Below are positions 39,820-50,652 of a DNA stretch of 64,000 nt, piece by piece; position 1 is the stretch's first letter; each line of letters starts with the position of its first letter. The notes under the pieces are model-generated. The model saw only the letters and a list, made by a program, of their open reading frames with translations, was not told the DNA's origin and made no database searches. Source of the DNA: a virus; IMG/VR virus record IMGVR_UViG_3300035532_000075, positions 8,547 to 72,546 of that record, one strand, 5' to 3'. The position numbers and the translations under genes are program-made.

Positions 39820-40836
39820 TCAGGCCCGTCCGCGCTTAGTCCTTTTTTTAATATCAGTTCTACCTTTTAATCTTTGTGCTTCTTTTGGCTTGTCGTATTC
39901 AATATCTTGCCATAACTCATTAGAAGCTGTAACTATAACTTCTTCTGAATCAAAGGCTGAAAGTTTGCCAGGAGTATTTTTCTTACTGCGTCTTGCAGCT
40001 TCCTCTCTATTCCTTTCCTCATAGTGTGCTTTCATATAAGAATCTAAGGCGTCGTCATCATCTATAATAGCATCACTTGGACGATCTTCTGGCATCATTT
40101 GATAAATATTATCATAATAATTAGACCAATAAGCCAAATTCAACATATCGTTTGAGTACTCTACAGTAGGTACTCCAAATAAAGATTCTGTAACTTTCTG
40201 GCTTGTTACAAAACGTATACGCCATAAATTATGTCTAGCTATATATCTAATAGTTTTGTTTGATAAACCAGAGGTAAATTCTAAAAACTTTGCTAAAATC
40301 TTACTTCTAAATGCAATATCTGTAGTTTTCTTAAAATCTTGGTAGGTATCCCAATATAAATTAGAATCATTATCATAAGTACAATTCCAACATAAAAACA
40401 AAGACCTTTCTTCGTGAGCCTTAACATCAGCAGACATCATTAATTTAGAAGTTTTGTTATACATAAGTTCATTAATCTGATCTCTTAAACCAACCATAGT
40501 ATTTTTAATTCTATCTTGATTAGCTTTTACCAATGTAGTTTTACCCAATAAAACTTTCTGAGCCTCTAACTGTGCTTCAAGTTTACTAAGTCTGGTTTTA
40601 TCTTCTGCAGTAAATAAATTACGTTCTTCTATTAATTTTTCTAAAGATTCCCGGTCGAGAAGGCCGTCTTGTTTGGCCTTCTCAAACTCGGTAGTATAAA
40701 TCATATCTGCTCTTTGGCGTACTAAGTTAGTAGGATGTTTAAATATAACAACAATATCATCTATAACTACAATAGAACTTCTTGTAGAAATACAAGTTAT
40801 ATAATTATCCACATCAACATCACTTAGTTCTTCCAT
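39820..40836 (-). CDS. Putative tail assembly chaperone (pre-TMP)
   Basis: 338 aa, helical and charged, directly upstream of the TMP. Confidence 0.6.
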   Translation of the reverse strand: MEELSDVDVDNYITCISTRSSIVVIDDIVVIFKHPTNLVRQRADMIYTTEFEKAKQDGLLDRESLEKLIEERNLFTAEDKTRLSKLEAQLEAQKVLLGKTTLVKANQDRIKNTMVGLRDQINELMYNKTSKLMMSADVKAHEERSLFLCWNCTYDNDSNLYWDTYQDFKKTTDIAFRSKILAKFLEFTSGLSNKTIRYIARHNLWRIRFVTSQKVTESLFGVPTVEYSNDMLNLAYWSNYYDNIYQMMPEDRPSDAIIDDDDALDSYMKAHYEERNREEAARRSKKNTPGKLSAFDSEEVIVTASNELWQDIEYDKPKEAQRLKGRTDIKKRTKRGRA

Positions 40837-40855
40837 TGGTATTTAATTAAACCTT

Positions 40856-41629
40856 TTAATTTTCCTTACTTTCTTTTTTAACAGTAGTAGAAGTTTTTCT
40901 TGTTGTGCTTCCAGTAGATTTCTTAGGCTTCTCTTCATCTACAGCTTTTTCCTTAGCAGCAGCTGCTGCTGCAAGCTCATCCAAAATCTTTTGTTCTTTT
41001 TCTGCCTCTTCTAAAAGATTAGTCTGGACCTCTTTAATAGCCATAGCTTCTGGAGTGTTATCTAGAAAATCAGAGTCATAGCCCTGCAAAAATAACATCA
41101 CTTCATATCTCGATTTTAATGTAAGTGTTTGATCTTTGCTTGAAAGAAAGTCTTCATAAGTGGGCCATACTCTATTACCGTCTTTTGATTGGATAATACA
41201 TGAGGTAAGGTACTCTAAACGAGTGTCATCTGAGATTTGTTCACAAGTATTACTCATAGGTCCAGAAAGTCTTTGATTCCACTGAAACAAAGCTTCCCTA
41301 GCACGAGCAACCTCATTAGCAAGAGTGGTTTTTTCTTCGTTAGTTGTTGCAACAGCCAACTTCATAATACAATCATTTAGAACATTAGACAATTCCTCAG
41401 CGCGATTTTCAAAATCCTGACCAATAACCCCACGGCGTTTAAGGATATCTGTTAATTCAGCACTAGTAGGCAGCCCCTCATTCAAACATTTTGTATATTG
41501 TTTACTATATTGCCAATCGGCATTTCTAATATCTTCCGCGTTCGGTGTTGCAATAAAATATTCAGTTTCACCATCAGGTGCTACGAAAGATCTTCTATTT
41601 TCTAATTCTACAATTTTTTCTTCAGTCAT
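40856..41629 (-). CDS. Putative tail assembly chaperone
   Basis: 257 aa, helical, between the tail tube and the TMP. Confidence 0.55.
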   Translation of the reverse strand: MTEEKIVELENRRSFVAPDGETEYFIATPNAEDIRNADWQYSKQYTKCLNEGLPTSAELTDILKRRGVIGQDFENRAEELSNVLNDCIMKLAVATTNEEKTTLANEVARAREALFQWNQRLSGPMSNTCEQISDDTRLEYLTSCIIQSKDGNRVWPTYEDFLSSKDQTLTLKSRYEVMLFLQGYDSDFLDNTPEAMAIKEVQTNLLEEAEKEQKILDELAAAAAAKEKAVDEEKPKKSTGSTTRKTSTTVKKESKEN

Positions 41630-41655
41630 TTTTAATTTCTCCTATACCATAAGCC

Positions 41656-41901
41656 TTACGCTCTATTTTTAAATTCTATAATTTCTTCAGTAACATTTGT
41701 ATAAACAACCTCATAATTATCAAAAGTCTTTTCAAGACTTCTCATACAGTTGTTACCAACGCGAAGAATTTTTGATCGTAATTGTTTAAACGTATCCTTT
41801 GGACAAGCCACCTCGGCATAATCCAAGGCACTCTCCATCATTTTTGTGACTTCCTGCCGCATCTCGTTATTTAAGCGGTCTTTGGATTTATTATTAGCCA
41901 T
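41656..41901 (-). CDS. Hypothetical protein
   Basis: 81-aa ORF after the tail tube terminator. Confidence 0.55.
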   Translation of the reverse strand: MANNKSKDRLNNEMRQEVTKMMESALDYAEVACPKDTFKQLRSKILRVGNNCMRSLEKTFDNYEVVYTNVTEEIIEFKNRA

Positions 41902-41944
41902 AACCTTATTAACCTTCCTTTATTTTCTAACCTTTAAACCATTT

Positions 41945-41979
41945 AAATAAAGGCTTGGAGTGCCTTAACACCCCAAGCC
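41945..41979 (-). terminator. Intrinsic terminator after the tail tube gene
   Basis: Minus strand GGCTTGG-GGTG-TTAAGG-CACT-CCAAGCC followed by TTTATTT. Confidence 0.75.
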
Positions 41980-41993
41980 AAATTAATTATATA

Positions 41994-43437
41994 TTAAGCA
42001 TTACGGGCTATAGTAGCTTTAACATTAGCATAAGATACATCGCCTTTAATTACATAAAGATCGTTATTAGCTCTAAAACCAAAAGTCTGTGTAGCATTAG
42101 AACCCAGATCAAGAGTCATACCTTCATCTGTAATCTTAAGATTTTTAACAACCATAGTCTTAAGTGCATATTCTCTATCACCTGCAGAGTAAGTTGCCAA
42201 AACACCATCATTAAAGTAGTCATCGCCTACCATAGAACTACCAGTAAGTACCTTTCTACCTGATCCAGTAGCATTACCAGCCTCCTCATCTGTCTGCTCA
42301 AAAACCTTAATAACCAAAATCATATTATCTTTAGTCATAAGATCTGTAAGAGCTACAGAATCAAGAGTATCTGCATCATACTCAGTAATTTTACCTGCAA
42401 ATTTTGCCCAGTTTTCCAAATCACCTGCAGTAGAATCTACAGTAACTGTAATTGGAATAGGCAGGGTCAACGGACGGTCATAAGGACCTAAATGTCCAAG
42501 CTCTGTAAGAGGCTCACGAGTAAGGTCTGCAGAAATAGTGGCACCTGTCAATCTCCAAGCATTTTCATAATCAGTAGCAGAAGAGTCAGGATCTACGATG
42601 TAAACTTCAATCTGCCCCTGTCTAAGAGCACCTACACTATCCGGACGATTAGTAGGTTCTGCCAGAGGAGTAAAATAGGTGTTCATAGTTGCAGAATAAG
42701 CATCAGCTGAATAAATCATATGAATTACATCATCCGCTACTGGAGTCTTTGCTCCTGTAGGAAAGTAAACTCTATGACCAGTGCCCATATCATGATAAAC
42801 ATAAGTATCAGCAGCAGCACCAGTACCCGTAGCAATAGCAATATTTTCTGCAGTAGTTGCAGAAACATCATAATGAGTTACAGCCGGAACACCGTCTACG
42901 TCTTTTCTCAAAAAGCCCAATCCTGAAGACAGTACAGCAATAGCCTTATCATCAGCTAAATCCAATTCTACATAACCATTAGAAATATCGGTTGCAGTTA
43001 GTACAAATTCCTCAAAATTGACAAATCTACCATCATTAAGCAACCACATTTTATTATCAGTTTCAGCGCCGTAGTTCTCAGTAGCATTAGCACCTGTGGT
43101 ATAACTATACTCTAAACTATTGATATATACTTCATCAAGGAAAAGAGTCTGGTCTATGTTATTGGTTAAAGTACCAATAGAGCACTCATCCTGTACAGGA
43201 GCCCATAAAGTTACACCAGTAAGGTTACCACAAGTTACAGCAAAATCAGCTAGTGCCACTCCATGGAGATAAGTAGACTCTCCGGAAACAAGGTTGGCAT
43301 TAGTTGAAGTGGCAGTAACTGCCATATCACGTTTAGCTGGAACCACCTGGGCAAGAGCTGCCAGAGTTCCAACATCACCAAAATCATTTGTGTTAAGAGT
43401 TACAGTTACTGCTGGTACGTCATCTACTACGTCTATG
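41994..43437 (-). CDS. Major tail tube protein, exon 2 (spliced product about 525 aa)
   Basis: Joining exon 1 (...GAT AT) to C ATA GAC GTA gives IFELGHLDI-IDVVDDVPAVTVTL, continuing in the frame of track ORF 41994..43460. Position upstream of the chaperones and TMP. Confidence 0.8.
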
Positions 43438-44519
43438 CTATCTGTTACTTTTATGACCATCCTAAAATTCGAATGGCGGGAACGGTACTCCTTTAAGTGG
43501 TCTGGTTACCTCTGACCGTTCCTCTCACAGTTTCCTGTGAGTTCAGACTATATCATCATCCCTTTGGGAGTTTCGCATGTAGTCGTTGAGGAACAAATTT
43601 ATAATGAATACATTCTGGAAGAATAGTGGTTACCATATCAAGTAAATCATGTAAGTACTTAGTGACACCTAAACTTATAGTATTATTATAAGTGTCTATC
43701 TTAATAGAACCATTAAAAAATTTTTTTATAGACTCTATTAGAATTTCTATCTCTTCTATAGTAAAACTACAAGTAGCTATAGACCCTCTTAAAGCTGTTT
43801 TACTTCCATGAAAAGAAAAACTACCATCATCAGCCAACCATATAGACATTCCTAAAGGAGTTAAATCTTCAATAACATCTTCACACACCCTTTTTTTACC
43901 TTTTACATAGTATTTATTAAAATACTTAGTTATACCTGGATGTGCTATTGTATTTATAAAGTAATACCCTGACGAATAAGAATCTTTACCCTGTATAATT
44001 TTTTTACCAGGTTTTTCTGCTAAAGTTATTCTTTTCACAAAAGGGTTTAATAACTCCTTCTTCCACTTTAAATACCCAAGCTGTTTAGTACAATGTCCAA
44101 TCTGTAGTCTTGCATTTTTAGATCTTCTATTCTTTAATAAAGAACCATCACCCAAAATAGAACCCAAAACAACAGATTTATGTGTTGGTGATAATTCCAC
44201 TTCTCTAAGTTCTTCATATATAGTCATACAGCTTGGTAAAAGTTTTATACCCTCTTTTTTATACCAAGAGTAAATAGTGCTATATGGTATAGATAAATAT
44301 GAAGCAACACACCCTACAGATTTAAATTCTTCTAACAATGTTAATAGTTCTTCTCTTTTTAAACGCTCTCTTTTCATTATAAATCCTTTCCTGCTGATTA
44401 ACCCTATCTTTAAGATTATTACTACCTATTTAGATTAGTACCTAAAGCATAACAGGTTGTTCCAGCATATAGCGAAATTTTTTATTTAGTAATTACTTAC
44501 CAAAGGATACCATTTTCAA
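43438..44519 (-). mobile_element. Group I intron in the tail tube gene (1,082 nt)
   Basis: P1: exon GGAUAU pairs with GUAUCC, giving a U.G pair at the splice site. P3 UUUCGC/GCGAAA; P4 AUGCUGG with Q element AAUCAGCAG; R element CUCAACGACUAC; S element GAUAUAGUC; P9 CUCACAG-GAAA-CUGUGAG; terminal G at 43438. Confidence 0.9.
43556..44377 (-). CDS. Intron-encoded LAGLIDADG homing endonuclease with N-terminal HTH-like segment
   Basis: VLGSILGDGSL and MSIWLADDGS motifs. Lies between the Q and R elements, with its 3' end overlapping R. Confidence 0.85.
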   Translation of the reverse strand: MKRERLKREELLTLLEEFKSVGCVASYLSIPYSTIYSWYKKEGIKLLPSCMTIYEELREVELSPTHKSVVLGSILGDGSLLKNRRSKNARLQIGHCTKQLGYLKWKKELLNPFVKRITLAEKPGKKIIQGKDSYSSGYYFINTIAHPGITKYFNKYYVKGKKRVCEDVIEDLTPLGMSIWLADDGSFSFHGSKTALRGSIATCSFTIEEIEILIESIKKFFNGSIKIDTYNNTISLGVTKYLHDLLDMVTTILPECIHYKFVPQRLHAKLPKG

Positions 44520-44653
44520 ATATCCAAGTGACCAAGTTCGAATATGTCCTCACTAGTAAATGAAGTTGTAGTACCAAGAGATTGTACTCTATAAAGCACT
44601 TCACCATCAACCCAAACTGATTGTGAAGCATAAATTATTCTATTACGTGCCAT
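44520..44653 (-). CDS. Major tail tube protein, exon 1
   Basis: Not in the ORF track. AGGAGG SD, then MARNRIIYASQSVWVDGEVLYRVQSLGTTTSFTSEDIFELGHLD plus AT (44 codons + 2 nt). Confidence 0.85.
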
Positions 44654-44765
44654 AATGTATAATTCCTCCTATTATTTTTTTAAATAGCACTCAGGTTGGT
44701 AAAATTCCTTGCTCGTAGTAGATAAAACGAGGCGTAATAATCTACATACGATCCTTTTCCTGTTA

Positions 44766-46166
44766 TTAATTATAAAACTTGTTAAATTTCAAATTACCAC
44801 AATCCCAAATCTTATTCCATTTTTGTGCCTTTATAATTTTCAACTCTGTTAAAACTTCTGAATCTTCTTTTGTTTTCCTTAATGAAAACTTATTAATTCT
44901 TTTTTTATTATTTTTAAAATACCAATAATTAGGTTTAGTACTTACTACAAAATCAAAACCTAAATCCTTGTACAATGAGCCCATCGACCAGCGCTTGTCA
45001 ACGTACAAAAATAACTCATCACAAAAGTAATTATTCTCAAAATATTTTAATAATTTAGAAGCAGCTCCTAAAACCATAAAACCTCTAAGAGAGCAAAATA
45101 TAGATAACTCAAAAACATTTCCTGTAATAGTTTTATTACATTTAGTGAAAATCATCACGGACACCAACATATTTTCATAAAAAAGACCCAAGCTAATTGA
45201 ATCCTTGGTAAATCCTTGAAGATGATTATCTTCACAAAAAACTTTTGCTGTAATAGAGGATATAGTTCTTACTGTACAATTTTTAGCATAAATTCTATTA
45301 ACACCCCTCCTAATATTTAGAAGGTTAGTTAATCTATCTTTAACTATGGATGATTTTGATACCCACTCATCCTCAAAAATGGTTATTAATTTATATCCAG
45401 CAGTATTACACCTGTTTAATTTATTAATATGATATCCGCTATCTTTGCCATTTAATTCTGAATGCCAATAAAGACCGCAGTATTCAATGGCTAATTTCTT
45501 AGATGGTATAACAAAATCTAACTCCAGAGGTTTAATTATACTACGATCATTAGTTTTTAAGTCTAAATCAAAATCGAGTATAAAATTTTCTAATTCTTCC
45601 TCAGCAGCTGAGGTACCCCACTTCTTACATTTTGGACATCTGGACCCAGCTCTTTTCCAATTATCCCAAGATACTTTATAAATATGACCATTTGGACAAA
45701 TTAAAGTTAATTTCTGCTTCTCATTGTGGTATTCGGTATCAACCAATGAATAGCCTTCAGACTCAATACAATGTCTTACAGTTTCAATGGAATATTTATG
45801 AGTACCAAAACATTCACTACATCGTACACCAGTATTCCAATTGTTAAAACTCATACTTCCTATATGGCCTTTAGGACACTTATATTTAAACTTAGTCTTA
45901 CTATTTACATACTCATTAGATAAACACATATAACCTTCAGAAGCCAATACTTCTCTAACATAATCCAAAGTTAGTTTTTTGTTACCAGCACAATGAGGAC
46001 ATTTGACACCTTCTCGCAAATGATCTAAACGTATTTTTGACTTATTACCACAAGTACATATAAATTCAAACTTTTGCCTAGAATTCTTATATTCCTTTGT
46101 AAGTAAGGTAAAACCTTTAGCTTCAAACTCTTTTCTAACAGTATCTATTGTCAATTTAGCTGCCAT
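44766..46166 (-). CDS. Free-standing zinc-ribbon-repeat PD-(D/E)XK (Hef/Vsr-like) homing endonuclease
   Basis: Three CP.GH/C..C repeats, then LELDFVIPSKKLAIEYCGLYWHS, ending WDCGNLKF. Likely start MAAKL at 46166, just after the upstream stop. Confidence 0.75.
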   Translation of the reverse strand: MAAKLTIDTVRKEFEAKGFTLLTKEYKNSRQKFEFICTCGNKSKIRLDHLREGVKCPHCAGNKKLTLDYVREVLASEGYMCLSNEYVNSKTKFKYKCPKGHIGSMSFNNWNTGVRCSECFGTHKYSIETVRHCIESEGYSLVDTEYHNEKQKLTLICPNGHIYKVSWDNWKRAGSRCPKCKKWGTSAAEEELENFILDFDLDLKTNDRSIIKPLELDFVIPSKKLAIEYCGLYWHSELNGKDSGYHINKLNRCNTAGYKLITIFEDEWVSKSSIVKDRLTNLLNIRRGVNRIYAKNCTVRTISSITAKVFCEDNHLQGFTKDSISLGLFYENMLVSVMIFTKCNKTITGNVFELSIFCSLRGFMVLGAASKLLKYFENNYFCDELFLYVDKRWSMGSLYKDLGFDFVVSTKPNYWYFKNNKKRINKFSLRKTKEDSEVLTELKIIKAQKWNKIWDCGNLKFNKFYN

Positions 46167-46167
46167 A

Positions 46168-47127
46168 TTAAATCCTTGTATAAGTCTGTATCTCAAAACT
46201 TATAGTAGCTCTATATGCATTAAGTTTACTAGCTTGTAAAGCTCCCTGACGACCTTCAAATAATAAACCTGTTTTAATATTCCTAGCCTCCACATTGTGA
46301 AACGTCATACCACCGTGTAAAATGCCTAAATCATTCAAACTTGTTCTATTAAATATAGAGGTTAGTTTATTATTATTTTCTTTTCTACCATAAAAAGTAC
46401 CATCAGCATCCAAAACATCGCCTGTAGAAAAATCAAATACAGGAGCACATTTTAAATAAAGAGCATCATATAAAGTTTCTACTAAGTCACTACGCTCACC
46501 GGCACTTGAAGCAAATATATGTAAATTAGCTTTACGTACATTATGTTTACCAGGCCCAAGTTGGTAACCTTGTTTTTTAGTCTCATCTATAGCCACAACT
46601 ACTATTGGAGCATCAGGAGCATAGCTATTTGGCCACTCATCCAACACACTAACATAATTCCAATAGTAATCTACATAACTAGGAACTACATCCAAAGAAT
46701 CAAAAGTAATTCTTCCAGATATATAATCTATAGTATAATCTATCCCACTTAATGTAATAAAATTATCATCATAAAGCGTGACACGATTACTTTGTTCAGG
46801 TGTTCCATAACAAATAGTACCAAGTGCATCAGTACCTGATACTAATACGTATTGATCATTAGTAGTGTTATCACAATAACCATACATGTCAGTAGCTGGG
46901 CAATCAAAAAATAACCAACCACGTCCCCTATCAGATGGTAAAGGAAATAATTCTGAGTCTGGTGTGCACAATTGGCTTTCTATTGTTTGATACACATAAG
47001 ATCCATCATAGCACATATCACGTACCAATTCCACTGAGGCTTGCTCTTCTTTTTCAACAAAATCTCTTAATGCAAAATCTTTTATATACCTATGTAAACT
47101 TAAATCTTCTTTTCTAAGTATTTTCAT
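46168..47127 (-). CDS. Putative tail completion / terminator protein
   Basis: PIVVVAID...GYQLGPG...ANLHIFASSAGERSDLVETLYDAL pattern and position before the tail tube. Confidence 0.55.
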   Translation of the reverse strand: MKILRKEDLSLHRYIKDFALRDFVEKEEQASVELVRDMCYDGSYVYQTIESQLCTPDSELFPLPSDRGRGWLFFDCPATDMYGYCDNTTNDQYVLVSGTDALGTICYGTPEQSNRVTLYDDNFITLSGIDYTIDYISGRITFDSLDVVPSYVDYYWNYVSVLDEWPNSYAPDAPIVVVAIDETKKQGYQLGPGKHNVRKANLHIFASSAGERSDLVETLYDALYLKCAPVFDFSTGDVLDADGTFYGRKENNNKLTSIFNRTSLNDLGILHGGMTFHNVEARNIKTGLLFEGRQGALQASKLNAYRATISFEIQTYTRI

Positions 47128-47756
47128 TATTTGCCCCCGTATTTATGTGCTACACTTTTCAATGAGGTTTTTATTATTGTAGATACCCAATTAGATAAAT
47201 TATCATCTATAAACTTAAAAGATTTACTAAAAAATTCTTTATGTATAGGAGGTGAATTTGAAAAAGGAAATCTATTTAAAGAATATCCCAAAATACTTTT
47301 CTCTTGTAAAATCAAATCTTCACTAATAGGTATTATATAAACAAAGTCACCATTAACTGAATTAACTTTTAAAAGTTTACCATGAACATTACCAAACAAT
47401 TGATAAACTTCTTCATAACTAGCTTCAGCAAAATCACCAACAATACCATTTAATATCGCTTCCATAAGTTCAATGTCAGAAAAATCAAAATTATCTATAG
47501 ATGGTATTACCACATCAATTCTATTTAAATCATCACTTTCAGGTATAAATTCAAATTCCATCAAACGTTCTAAAAATATATCTTTTATCATACTAAAATC
47601 AACATTAGTTTCTACATCTTCAAGCATATCATCAATTAATAAAAAACCATCCATAATATTATTTCTAATGGCTTTTAAATTATCTACTAATTTAAAATAT
47701 AATTTTAAACGTATAGTACGTTTAAGATCTCTTTTTATATTAAGTTTAATTGGCAC
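47127..47756 (-). CDS. Hypothetical neck-region protein
   Basis: 209-aa ORF in the head-tail joining cluster. Confidence 0.45.
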   Translation of the reverse strand: MPIKLNIKRDLKRTIRLKLYFKLVDNLKAIRNNIMDGFLLIDDMLEDVETNVDFSMIKDIFLERLMEFEFIPESDDLNRIDVVIPSIDNFDFSDIELMEAILNGIVGDFAEASYEEVYQLFGNVHGKLLKVNSVNGDFVYIIPISEDLILQEKSILGYSLNRFPFSNSPPIHKEFFSKSFKFIDDNLSNWVSTIIKTSLKSVAHKYGGK

Positions 47757-47758
47757 TA

Positions 47759-48364
47759 TTAAACATAATCCTTAAATTTCTCTCTACTACTTTTTTTAAA
47801 CTTAGAATCAGCTATGGCTTTAATAACCAAAACAGTTTGATTACCCAAACCACGTAAAGTAGGTGGCGAATCTAATATACAAGATATACCATCAATCTCA
47901 ATGCTGACACTATCTAAAAATAAATCAAGATATTTAGGATCTGTTTTAAGTAAAACTAACGTGGAACTATCCCTACCAGCTTGCGTATGTACAATATCAT
48001 TAGTATCAGGGTCCCAATTAATTAGACAATTTATATAATACCTTTTAAAAGTAACCAAATAACCTACATTCTTACATATAGGACATCTACCTATTTTAAA
48101 GTATTTATATCTTAAATCAGTATTACCAGTAGCTAACTCATAGGCTGCCTGTTTATTATGAGCTTCTAATGGATTCCTCAATTTACATCTACCTGTAGAA
48201 CTATCAGTAGCCTTATCATAAAAACAATTGGGGCATTCATCTCTTTTTATCTGCTTATAAACTTTAACTTTTCTACCAAGACTACCAACTACATCCCGCA
48301 TAGCTCTTTTAAAACGTGATTTAGTTTTGTTATATATTCTAGTTTTAGACATTATTATCTCCAA
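47759..48364 (-). CDS. Putative head closure / neck protein with Zn-binding Cys motifs
   Basis: CPNC...C...CPIC motifs and position after the adaptor-like gene. Confidence 0.5.
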   Translation of the reverse strand: MEIIMSKTRIYNKTKSRFKRAMRDVVGSLGRKVKVYKQIKRDECPNCFYDKATDSSTGRCKLRNPLEAHNKQAAYELATGNTDLRYKYFKIGRCPICKNVGYLVTFKRYYINCLINWDPDTNDIVHTQAGRDSSTLVLLKTDPKYLDLFLDSVSIEIDGISCILDSPPTLRGLGNQTVLVIKAIADSKFKKSSREKFKDYV

Positions 48365-48367
48365 ATA

Positions 48368-49360
48368 TTAATCTATAAGAACCCCAGAAATACCAGACAT
48401 CTTTAATGACTTTACCAACTCATCTAAATCTTTTTTCAAACCATCTAATAAGTCTTTTCTAATACCAAGTCCAGGTTCTGGATCATAAGACGTACGATCA
48501 TCCCCCACACGGGCACCATCTTCAGTCAGATCTTCAAATAATTCTTTAGTTAATATATCAATAGCGGTTTGTAATATATAAGCTTGGGTAGTAGCCGTAG
48601 TTGTAGTTAAGCCCACAGGAGGATACACGTTATCATAAGCTGCTAATATTTCTTTATCTGAATTTCTAAAAGTTCTATACCAAATGTCAATACCTTTAGT
48701 TAGTAACTTAGTTTCAGTATCACCACAAAGATTTTCAGCTTCAGCACAGGTATAACAAATATCATCCACAGGTTCTTGAAACCTTAAATATTTATAACCA
48801 TTTACTACAGGATCAGATAGACTGTTAAAAGCAACCCCGCCCATAGTGATATAAACTGGCCAACCTTTTTCTGCTAATTCAAATGTTTTAAAATCTGGAT
48901 GTAGTGAGGCTAAAGCCTCTTCGCCAAATTCTCTACGTAAACCTTTAGGATCTCCTATATAAAGTCTAATTCTATCTATTACAGCCTGATCTTCAGCACT
49001 TACAGTAACTTCCTCTGGATATATGGGATCATAATATAAATCCCCCTCACTACCTAACATGGGCTCTGACCAAGCGCTGTACGCCCCTGTAGAACTATCA
49101 TAATACCTATAACTATACCAATCTGTAGCTTCCCCATCAGGATCATAACCCATATAAACAGTTACACCGGTAGTTAAATCTATTGGAAATGGATAACCAA
49201 CTGTTCCAGAAACAACAGTCCAATCATCTATCACTATTGGCTGACCAACAGGGGTTTCAGGTTGAGTATCTGTTAAAGTATCATAACGTATTACCTGTAT
49301 CTGATCATAAGCCTGTATTACAGTAGCTATATTAACTACATTAAAAGTTATACCTATCAT
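48368..49360 (-). CDS. Putative head-tail adaptor protein
   Basis: 330 aa. FN3-like end WYSYRYYDSSTGAYSAWSEP, then VIDRIRLYIGD and a helical C-terminus. Confidence 0.5.
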   Translation of the reverse strand: MIGITFNVVNIATVIQAYDQIQVIRYDTLTDTQPETPVGQPIVIDDWTVVSGTVGYPFPIDLTTGVTVYMGYDPDGEATDWYSYRYYDSSTGAYSAWSEPMLGSEGDLYYDPIYPEEVTVSAEDQAVIDRIRLYIGDPKGLRREFGEEALASLHPDFKTFELAEKGWPVYITMGGVAFNSLSDPVVNGYKYLRFQEPVDDICYTCAEAENLCGDTETKLLTKGIDIWYRTFRNSDKEILAAYDNVYPPVGLTTTTATTQAYILQTAIDILTKELFEDLTEDGARVGDDRTSYDPEPGLGIRKDLLDGLKKDLDELVKSLKMSGISGVLID

Positions 49361-49385
49361 ATCAAAACCTCCTACACAAAATTAG

Positions 49386-50000
49386 CTACGTATTAGAAAC
49401 TGGCGACATTACAGGAATAAGAACACCTTCAAAAGAAATGTCACCAACAACCAACGCCACGTTATCTAACCAAAAATCTATACCTGACTGCAAAACAAAC
49501 TCAATTTCATTAATATAAGTAGGACTACCTTCTAATTCTACAGATTGTCGCACATTAAGCCTTTCTAAAGGAATCAGAATACGTTGCCATTGCTGTAATT
49601 TATAAAAATCAACATAAGTACTTAAAGATAAATAAGTACTACTTTTGTTTATAGTTGAATATAAACTAAGTGTTATATCTTTACCAATTTCCCAATTTCT
49701 AATATTTAACCAAAAAGATAAAAAATTATAATTATTTATATTTACTTCAACATAATCAGTGCTATGTAGTAAAACACTGCTACTGTCAGATACATTATTA
49801 ATTAATAACCCAGTATTACCTTCATAAGCTGCAGAAACATCCTCCAAACCTACACCAGTACTTATCCAATCTTCAGAAATACCAGAGGCATTTGTACCAA
49901 CCCAAATATTATAAGTTGAATCTATTAAATTTATATTTACAGTTGTAGATGTTTCTCCCCATAAATTATAGCCTGATGAAGCAAGTGTTCTTATATCCAT
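49386..50000 (-). CDS. Virion protein with carbohydrate-binding-like jelly-roll domain
   Basis: LSFWLNI...QQWQRILIPL...INEIEF...FWLDNVAL is typical of galactose-binding-like folds. Confidence 0.5.
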   Translation of the reverse strand: MDIRTLASSGYNLWGETSTTVNINLIDSTYNIWVGTNASGISEDWISTGVGLEDVSAAYEGNTGLLINNVSDSSSVLLHSTDYVEVNINNYNFLSFWLNIRNWEIGKDITLSLYSTINKSSTYLSLSTYVDFYKLQQWQRILIPLERLNVRQSVELEGSPTYINEIEFVLQSGIDFWLDNVALVVGDISFEGVLIPVMSPVSNT

Positions 50001-50530
50001 TAATTATCACCGCCCATTTTATAAGGTAAATCTGTAGAAGTAGATAAATAATGTGCATAAGCATTACCACTACTAACTGGATTACTCCAATCTAAATCAG
50101 AATCCCTTTTAACCAACGTAGTTATATAATCAGTATTACCTAAAGCCACATTTCTACCCAATTGTGAAGCTGAGGCTACAGAATTAGTTCTAACTACGTC
50201 AACAACAGAAATATTATGTGGCAAATTATACTTAGCTACATCTACTGGGGATTCCTCATTTATTACTATATCTTCAGAATTAGTAAAAAATCCTGAACAA
50301 GTTATGTAACATATATAAGTACCAGCCAATGGTATGCTAATTGCTCTTTTATAAATACCTGATTCAACTGTAGACTCTACCAATGTACCATTTATTGGAG
50401 GGGTCAGTGCAAGATCATCTATCATTCTTATATCATAATAAACTGTCTGGCCAGAAATTAATTGCGAAGTGTTTTCATCCATCAAAGTTACTGATATAGG
50501 AAATGATTCGTTTATGTTAGACTCTATCAT
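50000..50530 (-). CDS. Hypothetical virion protein (Ig-like beta sandwich)
   Basis: 176 aa with GIYKRAISIPLAGTYICYIT and an AGGAG SD. Confidence 0.45.
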   Translation of the reverse strand: MIESNINESFPISVTLMDENTSQLISGQTVYYDIRMIDDLALTPPINGTLVESTVESGIYKRAISIPLAGTYICYITCSGFFTNSEDIVINEESPVDVAKYNLPHNISVVDVVRTNSVASASQLGRNVALGNTDYITTLVKRDSDLDWSNPVSSGNAYAHYLSTSTDLPYKMGGDN

Positions 50531-50590
50531 AAGTTGGTCTCCTTATATTATCAAACTTAATACCCTCTAATAATCCATCAGTTACATAAT

Positions 50591-50625
50591 AAAAAAGGGT
50601 TCTAAAACTTAAAGCATAGAACCCT
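50591..50625 (-). terminator. Intrinsic terminator
   Basis: AGGGTTCTA-N12-TAGAACCCT followed by a T run on the minus strand. Confidence 0.75.
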
Positions 50626-50652
50626 ATTAATTTTATATATATAATAATAAAA

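Noticed and set aside
39820-41629. Programmed frameshift fusing the two tail chaperones (lambda G/GT style)
   Set aside because: The downstream ORF is in the +1 frame, and an in-frame TAA at 40845-40843 lies just before its ATG, so a fusion is blocked.
43438-43460. Track start MVIKVTDS for the tail tube protein
   Set aside because: These codons are intron sequence. The spliced exon 1 with a strong SD explains the gene better.
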